Positions 46,801 through 55,834 of a stretch of DNA of 64,000 nucleotides are shown in pieces. The first letter of the stretch is position 1, and each line of letters opens with the position of its first letter. The stretch is from IMG/VR virus record IMGVR_UViG_3300024999_000030, positions 268,731 through 332,730 of that record; one strand, given 5' to 3'. Both the position numbers and the translations under genes were made by a program. The notes under the pieces were generated by a model. The model did not search any database, had not been told where the DNA came from, and saw only the letters and a list, made by a program, of their open reading frames with translations.

Positions 46801-49800
46801 GAAAGCAAAATTATTCTTTATCAGGAAGGTAGAATATACAATATAGATAGTGAGGATGCAAAAGAAAGTTTAATTACAAATACCATATCTAGTAAAAATG
46901 TATTTTATGTTGCCTCTATGGGGCAAACGGCAGTAAAAGCTGATGTGACTATGGTTGATAAAGCTGACCGTCTTGCAGCTGAAAATATAGCAATCAAAGA
47001 TATTATGACGTTTGTAACTAGTTATAATGGTGACACTATTTCTCCTGCGGATTTTATAGAATTTTTACAAACCACTATTGTAACTAAACTCAATGTTAAG
47101 CTTAGTTCTAATATGCTTAATAAAGTTGGGCGTATGGCGGCGATGCCTAAGGATGCATTTACACAAGAAAAAGCCCAACAGATTGCAAAAATATTTTCTG
47201 CCGCTGCATTTATTCCTAGAATTTTAGGGCATATTATGATTTATGATATTGCTGCTGGAAAATCTGGACAAATGCTTAAAATTTACAGAGATGTGGTTAC
47301 CACAAATGGATTCTGGGCACCAGTTCCAAGCGATTGGTCTGTGGATCCTAAGGTAGAAAAAAGTGGTATTGTGGTTTATGGAAATTCTAGAGAGTCTTAT
47401 ATTAAAAATCTTATCACGGCCACTCGACCCGCTCCAGCGTTTGGAGATATGGAAACAACTATTGCTTCTATGGATAGAGATTGGGGTACTTCTCCAGAGT
47501 CTCAGGCAAAAGTATATGACTTTTTTAGAAAGGTTAACTATGTTTCTGGCATGTGTTTAGCTAAAGTGGTTTCCTTTGAGGATGGTGAGGAATCAGGTGA
47601 ATCTGAATTTCAAAACATTCAAATTGTAAATCAAAAAATTCAGACTTTCTTTATGGGTCCTAATAAGAAATCATTAGCTTCTAATCTTAGATATGTAATT
47701 GAATCTGGACATAAGAGACTTAGTAAAGATGTAAGACTATATGACCCATCCACTCTCGCCAGAAAGGTGGCATACTGGGCCATGCAGAATTTACATATCT
47801 CAGCTTCGTTTATTGGGCTGTCCTCTAATAGTACAGTAGAATTTAATCGATCTTCTTTTGTGGATTTGATTAATGCATACTTAGCAATGCCAGAAAAATT
47901 CAAAGCGGATAATTTATATACCGATGCTTTGTATGCCGCTATTAAGGTTTCTTTGAGTCGAGCGATGAATATTATTATGACAGATCGCCGTTATCAATTA
48001 GAAAGAGAGACTATCTTAGCTAGAATTCCAGAAGAATATCTTAGTGACGATGCGGTTAGTCGCAGCAAACAAGTTGAATTGGTTCAATATTTAACTCAAG
48101 CGCTTATGTCTTATTGGCTTTCTAATCTCGCAAGCATCTCAGCTCCATCTGGTAAAATGAAAGTAAATCAAAAATTTACTGGTTTTGAAGATTTAGTCCG
48201 TGATCCAGATGAAGTGGTAGCGGGTTTAGCGGCTGCTTCACCAGAATATCTTATCGGTATGTTGTTGTGGACTTTAGCGGATAATAAAGTACAACGTGCT
48301 GTTCGTTCATCCCTGGGTGGCGCCAATACTGGTATTACTTTCCAGGATACTATGCAGCCCGATAAACTCACATTAACCCAGATGCAACAGTTACTTCATG
48401 AAACGTTAGGTTCCTTTACTGTGTCACTTATGTCTATTTTAGATAAGTCTGGACATATTTTAAATAAATATTATAACGTTGCTATTTTAAAAGATTATAA
48501 TAAATCTAGGATTAAGAATAAAGATTTAAGTCTTAGAGCTTTTGCTGAGGCAACCATTAATGATGAATATAGGGCTGCTAAAATTGCCGAAGCCTGGTCT
48601 CCTGCATTTGAAGAAATGAAAACAAGGGCTACGGTTGCAGAATGGAAATCATCTGGTGTGAAGGGCGTTATGAGTCCATCTTTTGCATTGGCTTCTAAAT
48701 TTGGGGCAGGGGCAGTAATAGCTCAAGGTATGAGTGATGAATCTCATGTGAATAATGGTGTACCATTCCTCATTACTGCAATGCAAGCAATGACTAAAGA
48801 TCATAGATTCGCTTTTAAGATGACTGCTGATATTCTAGAACATGAAGATTTTTCAGAAACGCTTCCATTTGCAGCCCAAGAGATTAAACGAATTCTAGAG
48901 GCTGGTAAATTTAAGTATAATTATAAAAATAAATTAGACGCAGATAGTCTTAAAAAATATTTATTGAATGTTTATTTTGAAATCAGACGTCGTAGACAGG
49001 GTGCTTACTATGTTCGGCCAGAAGACTCTATGGCAACGATGGAGGGCCAGACCACTGCATTCGAGGAAGTTGTAAAGGAATTAGCAAATAAAAAAGATGG
49101 TCTTACTAAATATAGTTTTGGCGACATTCAGAAGGAATTTAATTTTGCTTCGCTTCCGCATAAAACTAAAAAAGAATTTACACCTATGGATAAATTCTTT
49201 GAGGTGTTTAAGAAACAGTTAACAGAAAGTGGAATGAATCATATGGGTGCGTTTTCTTCTATCATGCAAACGTTTAATTATAGTAAAAATTACGCCTCGT
49301 TTCCATTATTAGTTTATATGATGAAAAGAAATCTTGGTACTATTCCCAATCTTTCTGATATTCAATATAACAAAGATTTCTTTGAAACAATGGGCCGGGC
49401 TCTTGCAGCCACAGTTATGGATGTTTCTAAACTTAATACAATGACTGATGCTGCAGCTAGGGGAATGCAAAAAAGCTTTGTGTCTGGTGGTTTAAATATT
49501 TCGACTGTCATTTCTAATATTATGGCATTTGTATATTGTTTAAATAATCCAGATATTGGGCAACATCTTAGGGAATTAAATAAACTTGATTCAGCTGGAA
49601 GAGTATCTCTTAACAGGAAAATGATGTCTACTCGATATGGTATTTCATCTCACGCTAAAGAAGTATTAGGCGTTCCTAGTGTGTCTGTTTCACCGGATTT
49701 TGTTGGTATGTTAGATCAAAGTAGGGTAAGTAGTCTAGCGGAAGCAATTAGAGCCTTTAGTAGTAGGCATCAAGATATTGAAGATGTAGTAGACTACATT

Positions 49801-52800
49801 CATGGTGAAGCTACGTATATTCCAGAAGAAGCTAAAAAACTATTTGAAGTCTTCGCTTCTATGGCAGGGCACCAATTAAATTCTACATCTCAGGCAGTAA
49901 GAATTGGAAACGATGAAGCTATTGATAAAGTTACGTCTGGAAATTATGATGCTTCATCTGAGCCCAGTCACAACGCATTTGTTGTGGATGCTATAAATCA
50001 AATTAACGAAAATCTGGTTTATAATGTTTTTGGGGCCACTGAAGCTAAGATGAAGTTTAATCCTAAAAAACCATTTGACACCGGGGCCATTCCAGTAGAT
50101 CAATTTTCTAACTTTACAGATGCTATGAAGGCCGCCATGAAGGCTCATAATATTAACACTTCTGATGATTTAATCGGAATGATTTATAATACCCGTAGAG
50201 ATTTTCAGTCTAGTGGTGAACAGTTGTATGATATTATTTGCAAAATGGTAACGTCAATGTTACCAAAGCAAGCCCCAGATTCAGGGGCTATGCCAGCTTC
50301 TCCCTCTTCAGACGCTGCTTGGAACTTCTATGTAACTCAAGATGGCGTTGACTCACTAGTACCAAAAGCCCTTAAAGATGAAATTATTAATGCGGATGTA
50401 GAAGATATATCTGTAGCTGATGTATTAGCAATGGCAGAAAAGGTTTTTGAAACGCTTTCTATTAAATTAACGGGTAAGGCATTAGATGATTTAGCTACAG
50501 TAAAGCCTAAACTTTCTATTGGACAAAAGGCATTAGATAAAAACTTTTCTACGTTGAAGGCTGATATTTCAAACTTAATTAATAATAAAGAAGAATTAGG
50601 CGATGATGAATACGCCACACAGCTTTATAATATGTATAGTAAAAATAATCGTCTTGTGGTGTTAAAATTTGTGGCCGATAACTACCAAACTATTGGAACA
50701 ACTCCTTTGGAGGCTTGGGACAAAATTGCCGCCATCATGAATAATAAATTATATTTAACGGATAAGTCTTCACAGACTATCGTAGATAAATTTAAGAAAT
50801 CTTTACATAAAACAGGGGGTAATAAAGAATATCCATTTGCGTCCACTGGCTCCTTTGATAATGAAGTTCATGATTTAGCATATCTTGCCACAGAAATAGC
50901 TATTACTTTATCATTACCTCATGGTAAAGTTACTGAAACATTTTCAGTTCCCGTGGACATTCAAAACAATCAAATGGACGTACAACGATATTATCGTACG
51001 GTAATGGCTACAAATGCAGAAAAACATGTGGCCACATTAAGAACAGATATTAAATCATTAACTAGTAAATATCAAGACTTGGTAAATGGAGCACCTGTTA
51101 AAGATACGGTGTTAGCCCTATCTAAAATTATTTTAGATAAGAAACACCGCTTAGATTTAGAGGGAGTGGCGTGCAAGACTCTCATTAGGCCTATGCCGTT
51201 ATCAGAAAGAATTGAAACTAATGTTTTAGAAGATGTTGCTAAAACAGTTTTAGTTTTACCAGCCCGTGCCCTTAAAAGCAGTGATGATAAAACTACCCAT
51301 TATATTGTTATGCAAGATTTAACTTTTAAAAAAATTACCTTAATTCCATATAAAAATCTACCCACAGACATAGCAAAAGAGATGAAAGACTCAGGAAGCG
51401 TCGTAGTGGAATTATATCCTGGAGCTGAAAGCGATATAGCAGTTTTACCAAGTGTCATGGGTTCTGATATTTCTTCAGCCTCTTCAGCTGTGGCTTCACA
51501 TCTCAACGAAGCCTTGGGTGATAAAGTTCCCACAGACAAAGCAGAAGCCCTTCTCGTTTTATTTGGCTATCAACTTAGTTCAATTATAATGGCATTAACC
51601 GATACGCTTACGACTTTTGAATCATATCGCATGGCTATTATTAAAAGAATGGGTTTCAATAGTGGGTCTTATGCGGTTATCAGTCCTTCATTATTGGAAA
51701 TCTCAGAAACAGTTCCAATTATTCAAAAGAATGATTTACCTGTTTCTTTTAAAGAGTTTTTATCTGACATGGACATGGAAGATCAAAATATATATTTAGA
51801 TAAAGAATCTTTGAAAGATTTAGTTAAAACTGTAGTGCCAGTTAAAGTGTTAAAGGTAGATAGGACTTTGAGTGGACGAAAGTGTGCTATTGTTTCTATA
51901 GACATTCCAGGTGAGGTGATTAAATCAAAAAGTGTCCCAACTGTACAAAAACCACCTAGCAGAAGAATTATTGCAAACGTACCATATGAATATTTATCTT
52001 CAGCCGCTGCGGAAAAAACATTACCTGGAGTATATTTTGCTGTTAGGGAAAGGTTAATTTATTCACTCAGTCATCCTATTCCCGGTAAAGAAGCCCTTCT
52101 TAAAAAATTTGAAATCGGGCCAACAGATCCAGCTATGATAAATACTACATGGTTACGTAAACATTTGAATGGTATTCAACAAGCTGAAGAAGCTGGTGCC
52201 ATATTACCTGGAACCACAACCCAAGCTAAACGTCTTTTGGATCGAAAGTTTGCTGAGCCGGCGCGTACAATTGAGCCTTTAATTGGTAAACTTTCAAAAT
52301 CTCCAGTTATTATTGCGCGTGATTTACACTCAACCGTTTTGGATGTGTTAAAGAGAACTTGTAAGGGAGATGAACAAGCATCGATGGATATAGATTCGCA
52401 CTTAGCTCCAATTATGCCTAAAATGTATTCTCTTACACCAGTTAAAACCAGAACATTGGCAAATGCATCTGGACAAAAAAGCATTCGTTTTGATAGTGGA
52501 TCCGAATTGGTTAATGCATATTGGTTGCCTTCTACAAATGCTGACGCTGATTTTCAGAAGAATATCGGTAAATATTATGATACGGCTAGGGCGATATACG
52601 GGGTGAAGAAAACCAAATCTGCTGGCCTTATCAAAGCTATGTCTGAGGCGACGATTATTGCTCCCGCTGAAAAAGCGTTGGCTTTATTAAATGAGTCTTT
52701 ATTGGTTGCAGAAGAAGTAAACGACGATTCAATGATTAAAATTTTATCCGCTGCAATTGAATCCATCCAAGATCATTTTTCTGATGATTTAGTTTCCAAT

Positions 52801-55800
52801 CAATCTTTAGTTCTCTTGACTAGGGCTCCTCTTGGTGATCGCTCTATTATTATACCAGTAAGTAAAAATATGTTTTGTTCATTACAACAGCTGATGGCTT
52901 ATTATACAAACTGGAGTACATTAAAGAGTAAATTAGTTATGACTCCAAAGCTAGCAGAAGTAATGTCCGGCGGCCAAGAACTGCCATGCTCATTTACTTA
53001 TTTGGAATCGTATGCGGATGGTAGTGAAATCAAAGTGCGTATCGCAGATATGGGAGATGGTTTTAAAGTGGTCCCCCATAAATTCATTTTAAAAAGCCCC
53101 ACCACTGGAGCTGATTTAGGTGTAGCAACTGGCGGGTCTAACTCATATTTAGAAGATAGCTCTGCTAGAGCAGATAAAGACTTTGTTAAATCTAAGGACG
53201 ATAAGGCGATTAAGGTATTAAACCCATCTGCCCTTTCTCGTATTAGAAATGTAAATGGGCTTAGATTAGTTGTCTATAATGGTCAGTCTTTTACTAAGAA
53301 ATTCGAAGCACCTATTTTACCAAATGCAATTAGTGGTATTAAAATTAAATTTGAACCTCAGCGTGCAATTGTAATGTCTGGAGATAGATACGAAATAGTA
53401 TCTGATGCTTCTGTGTCTCTCAATCCAGACTTTTCATTGCGGGCAACCAGAGAGCGCGGTAAACTGAAAGGCGGTGGTTACGACCTTAAGGTTAGCGATA
53501 GTCGAAGTACATTTGTTAGAACTATTTCTGGTGACGAGCAGCTTAAACGTATTAGAAGTATGATGGATAGGGATGCCACTATTTATGAAATACTGGGTGC
53601 TGAATTTGGCAACTTGGGCGATATTATTAAAGAACAAATGAATCAAATTGCCATTACACAGAAAGCACATCGCACTGCCGAACTAAGGCAAGAACAGGGT
53701 GGAGATGCAGATCTCTGCGCAGATTTAAGGGCCCTTGGTAGTAAGTTCCAAACCAAAGGTCGTGGATCAGATGAGCGCGTTATTGAGATTCCAGACAATA
53801 CAATTTTTGATGATTTAAATAAACTTAAATGCATTGGTATTGGTACTAAAATACAACCCCTAATCCACCCCACGATAGAGGGGGTGGAAGATACTCCCGC
53901 AGTGAATGCTTCTATAGCATTAAATACGATTGATGTGGTAAAGCGTGCTAAATTCAAGAGGGCTGGATTTGCTTCGGGTGGGGGTGTAAATCTTTTAAAC
54001 GATTTAATTGGTAAGAGAAAACCAGGCGCTACATCATCCCCATTACAGGCTTCTTTACAACATGTATACAATACCGTTCTTAATGATGGATGGAATGAAT
54101 TTATTAATAAATATGAAATGTCTGCAAGTAAACAATTTGCTAAGAAAAATCCATATATAAATTTAATCGATAACTATAAGAAACTATTAGAAGCTAAACA
54201 AAATGGAGTTTCTCTTGGGACTGAAGCCGATAGGCAATTTAAAGCTTTGAGTGCTGTAATTGGCGCTGGTAAATCTTATTTAAATATGTCTATGTCTAAG
54301 GTAGAAGAACTAATTAAAGACGATACCCATAAAGCTGTTTTGTCTAGGTTCCACGATATTACAGACATAGAAAAAATGATTACGAATAGCCATAAAGATG
54401 GACGAGGACAACACGCTTCACGTGTTTCAAAACAATTATTTCTTTTGGGATCCATTCTAGCTTATTATATTTATTTAGCTAAACATGAACCAACAGTAGA
54501 GTCAGCCGATGCTCTTAAATGGTACGAGCGTTTTCTTAAAACTGAAGCCCAAGGAATAGTATTTAATTTTATTAAGCAATTTGGGTTGTTGGATGCGGGG
54601 GCTAGATTGGGTATCACGGGCGTTAGGGGCAAATCTAAGAATTTATTTATTGCTAAATCACCAGATCTTGCAAACGTTACTCGGCAGCTAGAGGAAAATA
54701 TTAAAATCATAACCGATAGTATTGCTGCTAACGATGGCACAACTGGCTATGTAATGGGATTATCTAATTTCTTTGGTTTGATGCCTTTAAGTAATCGTGT
54801 TTTAATTAATGTATTGTTTAAAGATATTTCTCCCTTTGGTGTGAAACGGGATGAAAAAAATCCACAGGTGAAAGAGGTATCTGAAGCATTAAATAATTTA
54901 TTTCAAGAAATAATGCTGGGAGATAGTTCTGTATTACAATTGGACGCTAGCACTAATATGGCTATTGGTGAATTACCAGCCACATTTCTTCCAGAAAATT
55001 TCCGTAAATTATTAGCCATTGAAGAGGAATATATTCCAGAAGAAGAACTAGAAATGGATGAGGGTGAAGATTTAACACCTGAACAAATTGAAGCTTTGGG
55101 GCGCAATGCCGATATGTTAATTATACAATTTAAGAAAGCTATGCCTATCCGATTTGCTAAATTAATATCTAAGCCTCGAAAACTTAAGGTGACCACTATG
55201 AAATGTAAAACTTTTGGAGATACAGACTTAGTTACAGAACCATCAAGTCCCATGAATATTCCAGAAGATAATAAACGTAGACAAGAACAAGCCTCGTCTA
55301 AACTGCTGTTGTTTAAATATGCAGATGAAAATGTTATTGATGCTCAAATAGAAGAATTACGCATTGTGTTAGCTGAAAACAATAAAAACATGCAAGAAAT
55401 GAAAGAACAATGGACTAGGGTTCTTGTTAATTCTATAGACTTAAAAGACATAGATGAAAAAGAAAGAATCAAATTTGCAGAAGACACATTTAAAGATTTT
55501 ACTAAATTTATTTATAAGCGTGATAATCTTTATAAGAATGTGGATCAATTACCAGCTATGCTAGAAAAATTGTATGAAATTATATCTGGCGGTCATAAAT
55601 ATGATAAAATACCAACAGCTTTTATGCAAATGTTTTTTAGCTATAGGTCTCCAGCGTATAGTTTAATGCGTAGTATGGTGTCGTTATTTAATGACAATAG
55701 TTTTCTAGCTGAACAAAATGCTTTAATTGAAGATGTTATTTCATCTAATAGTTTAGATACATTTGAAGATGGAAATAAATCGATGGAAGGAGAGGATGCG

Positions 55801-55833
55801 CCAGAAGGCACTTTAATGAATCCACACACCTAA
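43867..55833 (+). CDS. Giant hypothetical protein (3988 aa), candidate internal/ejected virion protein
   Basis: Uninterrupted 11.97-kb ORF with GGAGG RBS and a near-match late motif CTATTATAA at 43845. No catalytic motif recognised. Confidence 0.9.
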   Translation: MAFTLYSAKGKEKETKTPKGLEEVETLFPGQGSLQSAQTALQATPKKPKAEKKELVKSKGKPKLTTKESPEALDLEESEQPEDTSSSLAETFEKAESITRKKGPYSFNANSQYEIDTDPYYRVFEHRGKTIISSQPDTYIVMDYKTGSYNVGYKLGDGSVSWSRLTSRSKVLVAKMVKALENVPSDPEAINNPNEPQGSMDWGQRLGKFLHLTKRAVAYGNAAIFNIYIASGEGIIPEPDWQNKTFVKSGEYYKPVGETWEPEEAFVWYKVIASVLGTPQECLLGMAKHRGTSTFDIYIADVDGSNSHKARIADIKLFNYISGDQIDITEINDYYEKFSNKESAKQVVSADTIATDLATEEVNKLDSSTFFFVDGNAPKRIITGTRYEILREGSKAYIKAASGPAKAFHSDLNLRTALNAESIPLSEIDQVARITNRKSGFYHADMKAKMENVIAQGHAVQFEIGSMGDDGTFYPTGKDEDVFWAIIPTGRDFYMEVSKIEGGSASITADTKTLEMVSTSPASPDQLKVVSKLISSVYPVFSKETYGDEALREQFSSLLITPPPNPLYGFDLTSKHKQSKELLLLFINYMFNNLEAKLTKDTDYAITSKENVLAKVDSYLGRVTKLDADSLAQLFFGSPITHINADYIDKFYEDIVGAGADQDLASTEEGLGQLRRRGKFVDSYIQSPMIGQQEAGKWFIKAVEAVTIEPSGIYVIEKTKHGTTKKKQNIYLAERNLDFESGTDTSRLPFGAVSFSMIDFRTGNIVANVMAKESGKYNFQEISKDDFIKAFYSSRPTQETLAQRLTSDLKGIGLTTPKAKTVSKQLVGQLAALLSDPEIIANILGVPEEDVATWLHGPDKLDEKILAETIAYFSSLLGEDKYMGPSVALELEKLVSQLTTKAKKFNAKDFIESAPTIAAELMLIVLNKLRGTDLMYKVATEARRSLDAYYNNTGTAAFVKVSTGLYSGPCAVFSDKKDESKIILYQEGRIYNIDSEDAKESLITNTISSKNVFYVASMGQTAVKADVTMVDKADRLAAENIAIKDIMTFVTSYNGDTISPADFIEFLQTTIVTKLNVKLSSNMLNKVGRMAAMPKDAFTQEKAQQIAKIFSAAAFIPRILGHIMIYDIAAGKSGQMLKIYRDVVTTNGFWAPVPSDWSVDPKVEKSGIVVYGNSRESYIKNLITATRPAPAFGDMETTIASMDRDWGTSPESQAKVYDFFRKVNYVSGMCLAKVVSFEDGEESGESEFQNIQIVNQKIQTFFMGPNKKSLASNLRYVIESGHKRLSKDVRLYDPSTLARKVAYWAMQNLHISASFIGLSSNSTVEFNRSSFVDLINAYLAMPEKFKADNLYTDALYAAIKVSLSRAMNIIMTDRRYQLERETILARIPEEYLSDDAVSRSKQVELVQYLTQALMSYWLSNLASISAPSGKMKVNQKFTGFEDLVRDPDEVVAGLAAASPEYLIGMLLWTLADNKVQRAVRSSLGGANTGITFQDTMQPDKLTLTQMQQLLHETLGSFTVSLMSILDKSGHILNKYYNVAILKDYNKSRIKNKDLSLRAFAEATINDEYRAAKIAEAWSPAFEEMKTRATVAEWKSSGVKGVMSPSFALASKFGAGAVIAQGMSDESHVNNGVPFLITAMQAMTKDHRFAFKMTADILEHEDFSETLPFAAQEIKRILEAGKFKYNYKNKLDADSLKKYLLNVYFEIRRRRQGAYYVRPEDSMATMEGQTTAFEEVVKELANKKDGLTKYSFGDIQKEFNFASLPHKTKKEFTPMDKFFEVFKKQLTESGMNHMGAFSSIMQTFNYSKNYASFPLLVYMMKRNLGTIPNLSDIQYNKDFFETMGRALAATVMDVSKLNTMTDAAARGMQKSFVSGGLNISTVISNIMAFVYCLNNPDIGQHLRELNKLDSAGRVSLNRKMMSTRYGISSHAKEVLGVPSVSVSPDFVGMLDQSRVSSLAEAIRAFSSRHQDIEDVVDYIHGEATYIPEEAKKLFEVFASMAGHQLNSTSQAVRIGNDEAIDKVTSGNYDASSEPSHNAFVVDAINQINENLVYNVFGATEAKMKFNPKKPFDTGAIPVDQFSNFTDAMKAAMKAHNINTSDDLIGMIYNTRRDFQSSGEQLYDIICKMVTSMLPKQAPDSGAMPASPSSDAAWNFYVTQDGVDSLVPKALKDEIINADVEDISVADVLAMAEKVFETLSIKLTGKALDDLATVKPKLSIGQKALDKNFSTLKADISNLINNKEELGDDEYATQLYNMYSKNNRLVVLKFVADNYQTIGTTPLEAWDKIAAIMNNKLYLTDKSSQTIVDKFKKSLHKTGGNKEYPFASTGSFDNEVHDLAYLATEIAITLSLPHGKVTETFSVPVDIQNNQMDVQRYYRTVMATNAEKHVATLRTDIKSLTSKYQDLVNGAPVKDTVLALSKIILDKKHRLDLEGVACKTLIRPMPLSERIETNVLEDVAKTVLVLPARALKSSDDKTTHYIVMQDLTFKKITLIPYKNLPTDIAKEMKDSGSVVVELYPGAESDIAVLPSVMGSDISSASSAVASHLNEALGDKVPTDKAEALLVLFGYQLSSIIMALTDTLTTFESYRMAIIKRMGFNSGSYAVISPSLLEISETVPIIQKNDLPVSFKEFLSDMDMEDQNIYLDKESLKDLVKTVVPVKVLKVDRTLSGRKCAIVSIDIPGEVIKSKSVPTVQKPPSRRIIANVPYEYLSSAAAEKTLPGVYFAVRERLIYSLSHPIPGKEALLKKFEIGPTDPAMINTTWLRKHLNGIQQAEEAGAILPGTTTQAKRLLDRKFAEPARTIEPLIGKLSKSPVIIARDLHSTVLDVLKRTCKGDEQASMDIDSHLAPIMPKMYSLTPVKTRTLANASGQKSIRFDSGSELVNAYWLPSTNADADFQKNIGKYYDTARAIYGVKKTKSAGLIKAMSEATIIAPAEKALALLNESLLVAEEVNDDSMIKILSAAIESIQDHFSDDLVSNQSLVLLTRAPLGDRSIIIPVSKNMFCSLQQLMAYYTNWSTLKSKLVMTPKLAEVMSGGQELPCSFTYLESYADGSEIKVRIADMGDGFKVVPHKFILKSPTTGADLGVATGGSNSYLEDSSARADKDFVKSKDDKAIKVLNPSALSRIRNVNGLRLVVYNGQSFTKKFEAPILPNAISGIKIKFEPQRAIVMSGDRYEIVSDASVSLNPDFSLRATRERGKLKGGGYDLKVSDSRSTFVRTISGDEQLKRIRSMMDRDATIYEILGAEFGNLGDIIKEQMNQIAITQKAHRTAELRQEQGGDADLCADLRALGSKFQTKGRGSDERVIEIPDNTIFDDLNKLKCIGIGTKIQPLIHPTIEGVEDTPAVNASIALNTIDVVKRAKFKRAGFASGGGVNLLNDLIGKRKPGATSSPLQASLQHVYNTVLNDGWNEFINKYEMSASKQFAKKNPYINLIDNYKKLLEAKQNGVSLGTEADRQFKALSAVIGAGKSYLNMSMSKVEELIKDDTHKAVLSRFHDITDIEKMITNSHKDGRGQHASRVSKQLFLLGSILAYYIYLAKHEPTVESADALKWYERFLKTEAQGIVFNFIKQFGLLDAGARLGITGVRGKSKNLFIAKSPDLANVTRQLEENIKIITDSIAANDGTTGYVMGLSNFFGLMPLSNRVLINVLFKDISPFGVKRDEKNPQVKEVSEALNNLFQEIMLGDSSVLQLDASTNMAIGELPATFLPENFRKLLAIEEEYIPEEELEMDEGEDLTPEQIEALGRNADMLIIQFKKAMPIRFAKLISKPRKLKVTTMKCKTFGDTDLVTEPSSPMNIPEDNKRRQEQASSKLLLFKYADENVIDAQIEELRIVLAENNKNMQEMKEQWTRVLVNSIDLKDIDEKERIKFAEDTFKDFTKFIYKRDNLYKNVDQLPAMLEKLYEIISGGHKYDKIPTAFMQMFFSYRSPAYSLMRSMVSLFNDNSFLAEQNALIEDVISSNSLDTFEDGNKSMEGEDAPEGTLMNPHT

Positions 55834-55834
55834 A

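Noticed and set aside
49597-49642. GRVSLNRKMMSTRYG in the giant protein resembles T7/N4 RNA polymerase motif B (R-x3-K-x7-YG)
   Set aside because: The essential Lys position is Asn, and I found no matching motif A/C aspartates or a DFDGD-type motif. Not enough to call it a virion RNAP.
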